17,954 nt of DNA from a virus (IMGVR_UViG_2651869691_000012:1-17954), one strand, 5' to 3'; positions 1-9,332 are shown, numbered from the stretch's first letter. The notes: generated by a model from the letters alone, not told the origin. Numbers and translations are program-made.

Positions 1-1284
1 TTACTTCTTCGCCTCTGCAACCACTTTGCTACCCACGCCGCGGTTATTGTATTCCCACATGCGGTTGTAGTTTGTGTCATTCAGATTGCGCTGTATTTCG
101 TCTTTATCATCAACGCTGCCGGTGTTACCCGCAAACGGACGATTTGAGATCACCGCATCGGCCCACGGTTTCGCCGTGTTAAAACCTTCGTTGATGGCGC
201 TATCACGGATCACCACCTGACCGTTGGTATTAGCATCAACATCCAGCGAGCGGCCCAGTTGCGCCACACCATCACCGGAAGCATTGAAACGGCTGTTTAC
301 GGCGAGGAAACCGTAGTAAATGTTGGACAGCGTAGCCGGTGCAAACACATACGCTTCTTGCTGGGTACGGGAGTTCACCACGCGGAATTCGGTGTTATCG
401 AACACCACTGCGCCGCGACCAGAAACGATATCCACATCCCCTTCAATATAGCTGTTGGTCACCAGCGTACGCGGCTGACGATTCGTTTCCAGACGGTTCT
501 GCACACCGCTGTTGGTGACAAAGAAGGTGTTCTGACGACCGAGAATGTTGACGTTATTGATCTGCACTTTGTCGCCATCAGTACGTAGTGCCACCGCCGG
601 ATGGTTACCCGCATCTACGCTATCGCCCAGCGTGTTTTCGATGGTCAGGTTTTGCAGTTGCAGGCCATTGTTTTGTGACCAGAAGACCGCAGAGCAGAGA
701 ACACCGATACTGTCGCTGCGTTTACTCTGGCAGCTATCGTACATATACCACGCCGGTTTACCTGGCATATATTTGCCGCGCGGGTTGACGTCGTGACGCC
801 AGTCGGCAGGGCTCATGCCACCATCAAGGGAAAGCCCAATCTTCACATCAATCGGTTTTTCACCTGTACCGTACAGAGTAATTCCACCCGGAGCGGCAGG
901 GACATACACCGTTCCCTGATACTCACCAGGCATCACGGCAATATACTGGCGCTTGTTGGTACGCTTGATAATTGCCGCATCTACCGCCGCCTGAATCGTG
1001 GTATGCGTTACACCTTGAGTACCCGCCGGGCCGACAACAAAGTCAGGTTGCGCAGGCAGGGTAATCGGGGAAGGATTCCACGCTGCCGCACCTGGTGTCA
1101 GGGATGCAAAATAGTGTTGAGCATCGAAATTCTGCGCTTCTTTTGCCGACAGAATCGGGCGAGAAGAGGTACCAGGCGCGGTTTGATCAGAAGGACGTTG
1201 ATCGGGCGGTGTTGAGCTACAGGCGGTCAGCGTCACGCCAAAAGCCAATGCCAGCGCCAGACGGGAAACTGAAAATGTGTTCAC
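1..1284 (-). CDS. ybhC: YbhC, pectinesterase-family outer-membrane lipoprotein (host chromosomal gene flanking attB-lambda)
   Basis: Complete 427-aa ORF with a lipoprotein-type N-terminus (LALALAFGVTLTACSS). I recognise the protein as E. coli YbhC. Host-like GC content. Confidence 0.85.
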   Translation of the reverse strand: MNTFSVSRLALALAFGVTLTACSSTPPDQRPSDQTAPGTSSRPILSAKEAQNFDAQHYFASLTPGAAAWNPSPITLPAQPDFVVGPAGTQGVTHTTIQAAVDAAIIKRTNKRQYIAVMPGEYQGTVYVPAAPGGITLYGTGEKPIDVKIGLSLDGGMSPADWRHDVNPRGKYMPGKPAWYMYDSCQSKRSDSIGVLCSAVFWSQNNGLQLQNLTIENTLGDSVDAGNHPAVALRTDGDKVQINNVNILGRQNTFFVTNSGVQNRLETNRQPRTLVTNSYIEGDVDIVSGRGAVVFDNTEFRVVNSRTQQEAYVFAPATLSNIYYGFLAVNSRFNASGDGVAQLGRSLDVDANTNGQVVIRDSAINEGFNTAKPWADAVISNRPFAGNTGSVDDKDEIQRNLNDTNYNRMWEYNNRGVGSKVVAEAKK

Positions 1285-1330
1285 AGGTTGCTCCGGGCTA
1301 TGAAATAGAAAAATGAATCCGTTGAAGCCT

Positions 1331-1345
1331 GCTTTTTTATACTAA
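1331..1345. other. attL core (15-bp overlap region O of the lambda att site), with bacterial B arm to the left and phage P-prime arm to the right
   Basis: Exact GCTTTTTTATACTAA. The left flank AAGCCTGC matches the attB left arm as I remember it. The right flank (TTATAAAAAAGCATTGCTTATCAATTTGTTGCAACGAACAGGTCACTATCAGTCAAAATAAAATCATTATTTG) is the lambda P-prime arm, which carries the Int arm-type sites. Confidence 0.85.
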
Positions 1346-1418
1346 GTAGGCCTTATAAAAAAGCATTGCTTATCAATTTGTTGCAACGAACAGGTCACTA
1401 TCAGTCAAAATAAAATCA
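1346..1418. promoter_or_regulatory. P-prime arm of attL (Int arm-type binding sites)
   Basis: Sequence between the core and the int stop codon matches the lambda P-prime arm as I remember it, with a few substitutions next to the core. Confidence 0.7.
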
Positions 1419-2489
1419 TTATTTGATTTCAATTTTGTCCCACTCCCTGCCTCTGTCATCACGATACTGTGATGCCATGGTGTCCGACTTATGCCCGAGA
1501 AGATGTTGAGCAAACTTATCGCTTATCTGCTTCTCATAGAGTCTTGCAGACAAACTGCGCAACTCGTGAAAGGTAGGCGGATCCCCTTCGAAGGAAAGAC
1601 CTGATGCTTTTCGTGCGCGCATAAAATACCTTGATACTGTGCCGGATGAAAGCGGTTCACGACGAGTAGATGCAATTATGGTTTCTCCGCCAAGAATCTC
1701 TTTGCATTTATCAAGTGTTTCCTTCATTGATATCCCGAGAGCATCAACATGCAATGTTGTAGGGATGGCAATTTTTACGCCTGTTTTGCTTTGCTCGACA
1801 TAAAGATATCCATCTACGATATCAGACCACTTCATTTCGCATAAATCACCAACTCGCTGCCCGGTAACAACAGCCAGCTCCATTGCAAGTCTTAGCCAAC
1901 ATGGTGATGATTCTGCTGCTTGATAAATTTTCAGGTATTCGTCAGCCGTAAGTCTTGATCTCCTTACCTCTGATTTTGCTGCGCGAGTGGCAGCGACCGG
2001 GTTTGTTGTTATATGGCCTTCAGCTATTGCCTCTCGGAATGCATCGCTCAGTGTTGATCTGATTAACTTGGCTGACGCCGCCTTGCCCTCGTCTATGTAT
2101 CCACTGAGCATTGCCGCAATTTCTTTTGTGGTGATGTCTTCAAGTGGAGCATCAGGCAGACCCCTCCTTATTGCTTTAATTTTGCTCATGTAATTTATGA
2201 GAGTCTTCTGCTTGATTCCTCTGCTGGCGAGGATTTTTTCGTAGCGATCAAGCCATGAATGTAACGTAACAGAATTATCACTGTTGATTCTCGCTGTCAG
2301 AGGCTTGTGTTTGTGTCCTGAAAATAACTCAATGTTGGCCTGTATTGCTTCAGTGATTGCTATCCTCCTGTCTCGGCCTAATCCAAACTCTTTACCCGTC
2401 CTTGGGTCCCTGTAGCAGTAATATCCATTGTTTCTTATATAAAGATTAGGGGGTAAATCCCGGCGCTCATGACTTCGCCTTCTTCCCAT
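1419..2489 (-). CDS. int: Integrase, tyrosine site-specific recombinase (lambda Int)
   Basis: 356-aa ORF, near-identical to lambda Int as I remember it (MGRRRSHERRDLPPNLYIRNNGYYCYRDPRTGKEF...HELRSL...ASQYRDDRGREWDKIEIK). Overlaps xis as in lambda. Confidence 0.97.
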   Translation of the reverse strand: MGRRRSHERRDLPPNLYIRNNGYYCYRDPRTGKEFGLGRDRRIAITEAIQANIELFSGHKHKPLTARINSDNSVTLHSWLDRYEKILASRGIKQKTLINYMSKIKAIRRGLPDAPLEDITTKEIAAMLSGYIDEGKAASAKLIRSTLSDAFREAIAEGHITTNPVAATRAAKSEVRRSRLTADEYLKIYQAAESSPCWLRLAMELAVVTGQRVGDLCEMKWSDIVDGYLYVEQSKTGVKIAIPTTLHVDALGISMKETLDKCKEILGGETIIASTRREPLSSGTVSRYFMRARKASGLSFEGDPPTFHELRSLSARLYEKQISDKFAQHLLGHKSDTMASQYRDDRGREWDKIEIK

Positions 2490-2685
2490 TTCTGATCCTC
2501 TTCAAAAGGCTACCTGTTACTGGTCGATTTAAGTCAACCTTTACCGCTGATTCGTGGAACAGATACTCTCTTCCATCCTTAACCGGAGGAGGGAATATCC
2601 TGCATTCGCGCACCCATCGACGAACTGTTTCAAGGCTTCTTGGGCGTCGCTGGCGTGCATTCCACTCCTGAAGTGTCAAGTACAT
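2467..2685 (-). CDS. xis: Excisionase (lambda Xis)
   Basis: 72-aa ORF MYLTLQEWNARQRRPRSLETVRRWVRECRIFPPPVKDGREYLFHESAVKVDLNRPVTGSLLKRIRNGKKAKS, recognised as lambda Xis. Its 3' end overlaps the int start. Confidence 0.95.
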   Translation of the reverse strand: MYLTLQEWNARQRRPRSLETVRRWVRECRIFPPPVKDGREYLFHESAVKVDLNRPVTGSLLKRIRNGKKAKS

Positions 2686-2791
2686 CGCAAAGTCTCCGCA
2701 ATTACACGCAAGAAAAGCCGCATTGATGCGGCGATGGTAGGTCTGGATATCATTGAGCCATGAACAGGCCTCATCGAGTGTGAGGCTGTGG

Positions 2792-3136
2792 TTAGTCCTT
2801 TCGTAACTCGCTGATTCTCCTGTAAGTCTCTGGTGCTTTGTTTTCGTGTATCTTCATTTCAGACTTCAACAGAGCAACGAGGGAATCCCATTCGTTGAGG
2901 ATGCCTTTGAATGCCGGAACGCGCTTTGCAACCTTGTCGAATGAATCTCTGATTTCTGGAATCTTCTCAACAAGTGCAACGCATCGTCGGAAGTCTGCTG
3001 CGTCATGGGGAGCGCCGAAGTGATGACCATAGATATTCTTTTTCAGGCCACATGCGATTGAGGCAAGAGTTGCGCTACTGATGCCAACATCGCCAGTCGA
3101 TTGCCATTTCAAAACCTTCATAGACAAATCTGACAT
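2792..3136 (-). CDS. Hypothetical early-left (b-region) protein, 114 aa
   Basis: ORF in operon orientation with a GGAGA Shine-Dalgarno 6 nt upstream of the ATG. Protein-like composition. I do not recognise a family. Confidence 0.55.
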   Translation of the reverse strand: MSDLSMKVLKWQSTGDVGISSATLASIACGLKKNIYGHHFGAPHDAADFRRCVALVEKIPEIRDSFDKVAKRVPAFKGILNEWDSLVALLKSEMKIHENKAPETYRRISELRKD

Positions 3137-3164
3137 TTCTTGTCTCCAATAAAAAAAACCTCCA

Positions 3165-3332
3165 TCAGGCGGCTTGGTGTTCTTTCAGTTCTTCAATTCG
3201 AATATTGGTTACGTCTGCATGTGCTATCTGCGCCCATATCATCCAGTGGTCATAGCAGTCATTGATGTTCTCTGCTTCGATAACTCTGTTGAATGGTTCT
3301 CCATTCCATTCACCTGTGACTCGGAAGTGCAT
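3165..3332 (-). CDS. Small hypothetical protein, 55 aa (below the ORF-track cutoff)
   Basis: Translated by hand: MHFRVTGEWNGEPFNRVIEAENINDCYDHWMIWAQIAHADVTNIRIEELKEHQAA. GGAG Shine-Dalgarno about 8 nt upstream. Fills the gap between flanking same-strand genes. Confidence 0.35.
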   Translation of the reverse strand: MHFRVTGEWNGEPFNRVIEAENINDCYDHWMIWAQIAHADVTNIRIEELKEHQAA

Positions 3333-3404
3333 TTATCATCTCCATAAAACAAAATCCGCCGTAGCGAGTTCAGATAAAAGAAATCCCCGCGAGTGCGAGG
3401 ATTG

Positions 3405-3689
3405 TTATTCATTGCCGATATTCACCTTTATCGCGAACACCTTTACCGGTTTATCACCGAAGTGCGGATGTGTGATTGTCTTGATTTCATATCCGTCATA
3501 CGGAACATCAATTCTGCGGCTGGAATCGTCGCGCTTCGGATATCCCTTCGTGATGATCAGACTGCCATACTCGCGGTTAACGAGGCGCTTTTTCCAGTAG
3601 TCATTAACAAGGCGATACTCTTCCGTTTTCTCTCCGCGAATCATGGCATCGAAGTATTCACTTTTAACAGCAAGTTGCAGGTTAGCCAT
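3405..3689 (-). CDS. ASCH-domain-like protein, 94 aa from the ATG
   Basis: N-terminal pattern (LQLAVKSEYFDAMIRGEKTEEYR) is typical of ASCH/PUA-like domains. The ATG shares one nucleotide with the stop of the upstream gene (TGATG), suggesting translational coupling. Confidence 0.55.
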   Translation of the reverse strand: MANLQLAVKSEYFDAMIRGEKTEEYRLVNDYWKKRLVNREYGSLIITKGYPKRDDSSRRIDVPYDGYEIKTITHPHFGDKPVKVFAIKVNIGNE

Positions 3690-3910
3690 CACTTAATCCC
3701 CCTTTGTTTGCGGATAAGCTCCAGATCTTGCTGGCAACTTGCACAAGTCCGACAACCCTGAACGGCCAGGCGTCTTCGCTCATCTATGGGATCGCCACAC
3801 TCACAACAATGAGTGGCAGATATAGCCTGGTGGTTCAGGCGGCGCATTTTTATTGCTGTGTTGCGCTGTAATTCTTCAATTTCTGATGCTGAATCAATGA
3901 TGTCTGCCAT
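3689..3910 (-). CDS. TraR/DksA-family C4 zinc-finger protein, 73 aa (lambda Orf73-like)
   Basis: CxxC-x17-CxxC motif (CCECGDPIDERRRLAVQGCRTCASC) preceded by a helical segment. Size and motif fit the phage TraR-like family. Confidence 0.7.
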   Translation of the reverse strand: MADIIDSASEIEELQRNTAIKMRRLNHQAISATHCCECGDPIDERRRLAVQGCRTCASCQQDLELIRKQRGIK

Positions 3911-4008
3911 CTTCCATTAATCCCTGAATTGTTGGTTAATACGCTTGAGGGTGAATGCGAACAATAAAAAAGGAGCCTGTAGCTCCCTGATGATTTTGCT
4001 TTTCATGT

Positions 4009-4290
4009 TCATCGCTCCTTAAAGACGCCGTTTAACATGCCGATCGCCAGACTTAAATGAGTCGGTGTGAGTCCCATCAGCGTTACCGTTTCGCGGTGCT
4101 TCTTCAGTACGCTACGGCAAATGTCATCGACGTTTTTATCCGGAAACTGCTGTCTGGCTTTTTTGATTTCAGAATTAGCCTGACGGGCAATGCTGCGAAG
4201 GGCGTTTTCCTGCTGAGGTGTCATTGAACAAGTCCCATGTCGGCAAGCATAAGCACACAGAATATGAAGCCCGCTGCCAGAAAAATGCAT
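4009..4290 (-). CDS. Ea8.5-like protein, 93 aa (Cys/His cluster plus helical domain)
   Basis: 93-aa ORF with an N-terminal C-x3-C-x-H-x2-C cluster followed by a helical region. Size and architecture fit my memory of lambda Ea8.5. The start is ambiguous: an internal Met (MTPQQ...) is an alternative. Confidence 0.5.
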   Translation of the reverse strand: MHFSGSGLHILCAYACRHGTCSMTPQQENALRSIARQANSEIKKARQQFPDKNVDDICRSVLKKHRETVTLMGLTPTHLSLAIGMLNGVFKER

Positions 4291-4300
4291 TCAGTGGTTG

Positions 4301-4492
4301 TCATACCAGGTCTCTCTCATCTGCTTCTGCTTTCGCCACCATCATTTCCAGCTTTTGCGAAAGGGATGTGGCTAACGTATGAAATTCTTCGTCTGTTTCT
4401 ACTGGTATTGGCACAAACCTGACTCCAATTTGAGCAAGGCTATGTGCCATCTCAATACTCGTTCTTAACTCAACAGGAGATGCTTTGTGCAT
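4301..4492 (-). CDS. Small early-left protein, 63 aa (lambda orf63-like)
   Basis: GGGAGG Shine-Dalgarno upstream of the ATG. Size and position relative to exo match a lambda small ORF. Confidence 0.6.
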   Translation of the reverse strand: MHKASPVELRTSIEMAHSLAQIGVRFVPIPVETDEEFHTLATSLSQKLEMMVAKAEADERDLV

Positions 4493-4647
4493 ATCGCCTC
4501 CCGTTTATTATTTATCTCCTCAGCCAGCCGCTGGGCTTTCAGCGGATTTCGGATAACAGAAAGGCCGGGAAATACCCAGCCTCGCTTCGTAACGGAGTAG
4601 ACGAAAGTGATCGTGCCTACGCGGATATTATCGTGAGGATGCTTCAT
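4465..4647 (-). CDS. Small early-left protein, 60 aa (lambda orf60a-like)
   Basis: Start placed at the second ATG (MKHPHD...), which has a GGGGAG Shine-Dalgarno 8 nt upstream. The 3' end overlaps the exo start by 4 nt. Confidence 0.6.
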   Translation of the reverse strand: MKHPHDNIRVGTITFVYSVTKRGWVFPGLSVIRNPLKAQRLAEEINNKREAICTKHLLLS

Positions 4648-5324
4648 CGCCATTGCTCCCCAAATACAAAACCAATTTCAGCCAGTGCCTCGTCCATTTT
4701 TTCGATGAACTCCGGCACCATCTCGTCAAAACCCGCCATGTACTTTTCATCCCGCTCAACCACGACATAATGCAGGCCTTCACGCTTCATACGCGGGTCA
4801 TAGTTGGCAAAGTACCAGGCATCTTTTCGCGTCACCCACATGCTGTACTGCACCTGGGCCATGTAAGCCGACTTTATGGCCTCGAAACCACCGAGCCTGA
4901 ACTTAATGAAATCCCGGGAGGTAAACGGGCATTTCAGCTCAAGGCCGTTGCCGTCACTGCATAAACCATCGGGAGAGCAGGCGGTGCGCATACTTTCGTC
5001 GCGATAGATGATCGGGGATTCAGTAACATTCACGCCGGAAGTGAATTCAAACAGGGTTCTGGCGTCGTTCTCGTACTGTTTTCCCCAGGCCAGCGCCTTA
5101 GCATTAACTTCCGGAGCCACACCGGTGCAAACCTCAGCCAGCAGGGTGTGGAAGTAGGACATTTTCATGTCAGGCCACTTCTTTCCTGAGCGGGGCTTTG
5201 CTATCACGTTGTGAACTTCTGAAGCGGTGATGACGCCGAGCCGTAATTTGTGCCATGCATCATCCCCCTGTTCGACAGCTCTCACGTCGATCCCGGTACG
5301 CTGCAGGATAATGTCCGGTGTCAT
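4644..5324 (-). CDS. exo: Lambda exonuclease (Red-alpha)
   Basis: 226-aa [53 protein letters not shown]..., recognised as lambda Exo. ATGA overlap with the bet stop. Confidence 0.97.
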   Translation of the reverse strand: MTPDIILQRTGIDVRAVEQGDDAWHKLRLGVITASEVHNVIAKPRSGKKWPDMKMSYFHTLLAEVCTGVAPEVNAKALAWGKQYENDARTLFEFTSGVNVTESPIIYRDESMRTACSPDGLCSDGNGLELKCPFTSRDFIKFRLGGFEAIKSAYMAQVQYSMWVTRKDAWYFANYDPRMKREGLHYVVVERDEKYMAGFDEMVPEFIEKMDEALAEIGFVFGEQWR

Positions 5325-6106
5325 GCTGCCACCTTCTGCTCAGTGGCTTTCTGTTTCAGGAATCCAAGAGCTTTCACTGCTTCGGCCTGTGTCAGTTCTG
5401 ACGATGCGCGAATGTCGCGGCGAAATATCTGGGAACAGAGCGGCAATAAGTCGTCATCCCATGTTTTATCCAGGGCGATTAGCAGAGTGTTAATCTCCTG
5501 CATGGTTTCATCGTTAACCGGAGTGATGTCGCGTTCCAGCTGACGTTCTGCAGTGTATGCAGTATTTTCGACAATGCGCTCGGCTTCATCCTTGTCATAG
5601 ATACCAGCAAATCCGAAGGCCAGACGGGCACACTGAATCATAGCTTTATGCCGTAACATCCGTTTAGGATGCGACTGCCACGGCCCCGTGATTTCTCTGC
5701 CTTCGCGGGTTTTGAATGGTTCGCGGCGGCATTCATCCATCCATTCGGTAACGCAGATCGGATGATTACGGTCCTTGCGGTAAATCCGGCATGTACAGGA
5801 TTCATTGTCCTGCTCAAAGTCCATGCCATCAAACTGCTGGTTTTCATTGATGATGCGGGACCAGCCATCAACGCCCACCACCGGAACGATGCCGTTCTGC
5901 TTATCAGGGAAGGCGTAAATTTCTTTCGTCCACGGATTAAGGCCGTACTGGTTGGCGACGATCAACAATGCGATGAACTGCGCATCGCTGGCATCGCCTT
6001 TAAATGCCGTCTGGCGAAGAGTGGTGATCAGTTCCTGTGGGTCGACAGAATCCATGCCGACACGTTCAGCCAGCTTCCCTGCCAGCGTTGCGAGTGCTGT
6101 ACTCAT
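5321..6106 (-). CDS. bet: Red-beta single-strand annealing protein
   Basis: 261-aa [69 protein letters not shown]..., recognised as lambda Bet. Confidence 0.97.
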   Translation of the reverse strand: MSTALATLAGKLAERVGMDSVDPQELITTLRQTAFKGDASDAQFIALLIVANQYGLNPWTKEIYAFPDKQNGIVPVVGVDGWSRIINENQQFDGMDFEQDNESCTCRIYRKDRNHPICVTEWMDECRREPFKTREGREITGPWQSHPKRMLRHKAMIQCARLAFGFAGIYDKDEAERIVENTAYTAERQLERDITPVNDETMQEINTLLIALDKTWDDDLLPLCSQIFRRDIRASSELTQAEAVKALGFLKQKATEQKVAA

Positions 6107-6111
6107 CCGTT

Positions 6112-6528
6112 TTATACCTCTGAATCAATATCAACCTGATGGTGAGCAATGGTTTCAACCATGTACCGGATGTGTTCTGCCATGCGCTCCTGAAACTCAA
6201 CATCGTCATCAAACGCACGGGTAATGGCTTTTTTGCTGGCCCCGTGGCGTTGCAAATGATCGATGCATAGCGATTCAAACAGGTGTTGGGGCAGGCCTTT
6301 TTCCATGTCGTCTGCCAGTTCTGCCTCTTTCTCTTCACGGGCTATCTGCTGGTAGTGACGCGCCCAGCTCTGAGCCTCAAGACGATCCTGAATGTAATAA
6401 GCGTTCATGGCCGAACTCCTGAAATAGCTGTGAAAATATCGCCCGCGAAATGCCGGGCTGATTAGGAAAACAGGAAAGGGGGTTAGTGAATGCTTTTGCT
6501 TGATCTCAGTTTCAGTATTAATATCCAT
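6112..6528 (-). CDS. gam: Gam, RecBCD inhibitor
   Basis: 138-aa [64 protein letters not shown]..., recognised as lambda Gam. Confidence 0.95.
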   Translation of the reverse strand: MDINTETEIKQKHSLTPFPVFLISPAFRGRYFHSYFRSSAMNAYYIQDRLEAQSWARHYQQIAREEKEAELADDMEKGLPQHLFESLCIDHLQRHGASKKAITRAFDDDVEFQERMAEHIRYMVETIAHHQVDIDSEV

Positions 6529-6626
6529 TTTTTATAAGCGTCGACGGCCTCACGAAACATCTTTTCATCGCCAATAAAAGTGGCAATAGTGAATTTTGTC
6601 TGGATAGCCATAAGTTTTTTATCCAT
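6483..6626 (-). CDS. kil: Kil (host killing / FtsZ-targeting small protein), 47 aa
   Basis: Internal ATG of the longer track ORF gives [47 protein letters not shown], 47 aa as in lambda. Overlaps the gam start and the cIII end. Confidence 0.85.
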   Translation of the reverse strand: MDKKLMAIQTKFTIATFIGDEKMFREAVDAYKKWILILKLRSSKSIH

Positions 6627-6759
6627 TTTTGGGGACTCCTGGCTGATTAAGTATGTCGATAAGGCGTTTCCATCCGTCACGTAATTTACGGGTGATTCGT
6701 TCAAGTAAAGATTCGGAAGGGCAGCCAGCAACAGGCCACCCTGCAATGGCATATTGCAT
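6619..6759 (-). CDS. cIII: CIII, inhibitor of FtsH-mediated CII degradation; 46 aa, apparently C-terminally shortened
   Basis: Internal ATG with an AAGGAG Shine-Dalgarno gives [46 protein letters not shown], then stop. Lambda CIII is 54 aa by my memory. Confidence 0.85.
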   Translation of the reverse strand: MQYAIAGWPVAGCPSESLLERITRKLRDGWKRLIDILNQPGVPKNG

Positions 6760-6831
6760 GGTGTGCTCCTTATTTATACATAACGAAAAACGCCTCGAGT
6801 GAAGCGTTATTGGTATGCGGTAAAGCCGCAC

Positions 6832-7200
6832 TCAGGCGGCCTTGATAGCCATATCATCTGAATCAAATATTCCTGATGTATCGATATCGGTAATTCTTAT
6901 TCCTTCGCTACCATCCATTGGAGGCCATCCTTCCTGACCATTTCCATCATTCCAGTCGAACTCACACACAACACCATATGCATTTAAGTCGCTTGAAATT
7001 GCTATAAGCAGAGCATGTTGCGCCAGCATGATTAATACAGCATTTAATACAGAGCCGTGTTTATTGAGTCGGTATTCAGAGTCTGACCAGAAATTATTAA
7101 TCTGGTGAAGTTTTTCCTCTGTCATTACGTCATGGTCGATTTCAATTTCTATTGATGCTTTCCAGTCGTAATCAATGATGTATTTTTTGATGTTTGACAT
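6832..7200 (-). CDS. ea10: Ea10 protein (lambda ea10 / ssb)
   Basis: 122-aa ORF in the position and of the size of lambda Ea10, with an acidic C-terminal half. Confidence 0.8.
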   Translation of the reverse strand: MSNIKKYIIDYDWKASIEIEIDHDVMTEEKLHQINNFWSDSEYRLNKHGSVLNAVLIMLAQHALLIAISSDLNAYGVVCEFDWNDGNGQEGWPPMDGSEGIRITDIDTSGIFDSDDMAIKAA

Positions 7201-7219
7201 CTATTCATATCCTCATAGA

Positions 7220-7246
7220 TAAAAAATCGCCCTCACACTGGAGGGC
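7220..7246 (-). terminator. Rho-independent terminator-like hairpin on the pL-operon strand, upstream of ea10
   Basis: GCCCTC-ACACTG-GAGGGC stem-loop (7229-7246), followed on the minus strand by a T-run (complement of AAAAAAT at 7221-7227). Confidence 0.5.
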
Positions 7247-7369
7247 AAAGAAGATTTCCAATAATCAGAACAAGTCGGCTCCTGTTTAGTTACGAGCGAC
7301 ATTGCTCCGTGTATTCACTCGTTGGAATAAATACACAGTGCAGTGTTTATTAGTATGCCTGTCTTTTAA

Positions 7370-8267
<898 letters not shown>

Positions 8268-8424
8268 CTGGATTCTCTTGTCAGTTAGCTTTGGTGGTGT
8301 GTGTGAGTCGTAGTCCTGAACGAAAACACCCCCGATTGGCTCATTTGCAGCTAATCCGGATTCGCACTTCCGGCCAATGCTTCGTTTCGTATCACACACC
8401 CCAAAGCCTTCTGCTTTGAATGCT

Positions 8425-8455
8425 GCCCTTCTTCAGGGCTTAATTTTTAAGAGCA
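8425..8455 (-). promoter_or_regulatory. nutL (boxB hairpin GCCCTGAAGAAGGGC and boxA-like TGCTCTTAA, read on the minus strand)
   Basis: Minus-strand sequence is GATGCTCTTAAAAATTAAGCCCTGAAGAAGGGC. boxB is exact for lambda nutL. boxA begins T rather than the C I remember for lambda. Confidence 0.85.
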
Positions 8456-8494
8456 TCACCTTCATGGTGGTTAGTGCGTCCTGCTGATGGCCAA

Positions 8495-8523
8495 ATAGTA
8501 CGATTTGTACTTTATTGAGTCAA
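8495..8523 (-). promoter_or_regulatory. pL-equivalent early-left promoter (-35 TTGACT, 17-bp spacer, -10 TACTAT) with an embedded operator-like palindrome
   Basis: Minus strand reads TTGACT-caataaagtacaaatcg-TACTAT. The palindrome AGTACAAATCGTACT overlaps the spacer and -10. Sits upstream of nutL and N. Confidence 0.7.
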
Positions 8524-8584
8524 TACAAAATGTTCTAAATATAATTAGTTTTTTATAACGCTTTGTATTTAGTGGGTTTATATT

Positions 8585-8616
8585 TTGGAAAAAGAAAACC
8601 CGACACTAAGGTCGGG
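8585..8616 (-). terminator. Rho-independent terminator downstream of the repressor gene
   Basis: CCCGAC-ACTAAG-GTCGGG hairpin (8599-8616), followed on the minus strand by TTTTCTTTTTCC. Confidence 0.6.
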
Positions 8617-8648
8617 TTATTGTTGTGTGCTTTAGAGTGGTGAGGCTG

Positions 8649-9302
8649 TTAACTAAATGTCTCTTCAGGCCACTGGCTGGCAATAACTTTCCCTACTACG
8701 GAACAGCTATCATTGCATGGAATCATTGGATATTGCGGGTTTAGTGGCTGTAGGAACACCTGACCGCTATCCCTGATCAGTTTCTTGAAGGTAAACTCGT
8801 CACCACCAAGTCTGGCTATGCAGAAATCACCTGGCTCAACAGCCTGCTCAGGGTCAACGAGAATTAACATCCCGTCAGGAAAGCTTGGCTTGGATCCTGT
8901 TGGCGCGGTCATGGAATTACCTTCAACTTCAAGCCAGAACGCACAATCACTGGCTTTTTTGGTTGTGCTGACCCATCTCTCCGCATCACCTTTGGTAAAG
9001 GTTCTAAGCTCAGGCGAGAACATCCCGGCCTGAACATGAGAAAAAACAGGGTACTCATATTGTTTTTTAACGGGGGCAGATGAGTATTCGCCAACAGGTG
9101 AAAATGTACCGTCGTGGTTGAATGAGACGTTATCAATACCAAGGTATTTAAACACCACACCAATCTCGTCAAGAGATGGATGACGAGATCCGCGCAACCA
9201 GTGACCAATTCCACCCTGCGTCATACCAAGCTCTTCAGCTAACTTCTCTTGAGTTATGCCGAGCTCTTTCATTCTGGATCTAGCCAGTTCATACCATTTC
9301 AT
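8649..9302 (-). CDS. cI: CI-type prophage repressor, chimeric: non-lambda HTH N-terminal domain fused to a lambda-CI-type LexA-like (S24) C-terminal domain
   Basis: C-terminal half ([21 protein letters not shown]...[88 protein letters not shown]) matches lambda CI as I remember it, with the Ala-Gly cleavage site, catalytic Ser and Lys. N-terminal about 80 aa are an unrelated XRE-type HTH. Start chosen at the ATG with AAGGG 7 nt upstream; ATGs at 9308 and 9344 are alternatives. Confidence 0.85.
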   Translation of the reverse strand: MKWYELARSRMKELGITQEKLAEELGMTQGGIGHWLRGSRHPSLDEIGVVFKYLGIDNVSFNHDGTFSPVGEYSSAPVKKQYEYPVFSHVQAGMFSPELRTFTKGDAERWVSTTKKASDCAFWLEVEGNSMTAPTGSKPSFPDGMLILVDPEQAVEPGDFCIARLGGDEFTFKKLIRDSGQVFLQPLNPQYPMIPCNDSCSVVGKVIASQWPEETFS

Positions 9303-9317
9303 TTTCATACCCTTATT

Positions 9318-9332
9318 ATTACGCTCTGTACT
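9318..9332. promoter_or_regulatory. Operator-like element on the pRM side (AGTACAGAGCGTAAT on the minus strand)
   Basis: Third copy of the AGTACA-N-A-N-CGTA-N-T element found in pL and pR. Lies immediately upstream of the repressor start. Confidence 0.45.

Noticed and set aside
259-1316. Five + strand track ORFs (109, 83, 66, 140 and 73 aa) inside and antisense to ybhC
   Set aside because: They lie entirely within the well-supported ybhC coding region on the opposite strand and have Arg/Cys-rich shadow-ORF composition and no convincing ribosome-binding sites.
5227-6338. Multiple overlapping ORFs on both strands within exo, bet and gam
   Set aside because: They lie entirely within well-supported exo, bet and gam coding sequences in other frames or on the other strand.
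6483-6831. Long forms of the kil (89 aa) and cIII (70 aa) track ORFs
   Set aside because: The N-terminal extensions have no ribosome-binding site. Internal ATGs with Shine-Dalgarno sequences give products matching the known 47-aa Kil and the CIII start.
8470-8648. Search for rexA/rexB and lambda-type oL operators (TATCACCGC motifs) between N and the repressor
   Set aside because: None are present. The interval is only about 200 bp and contains a different promoter/operator set and a terminator.
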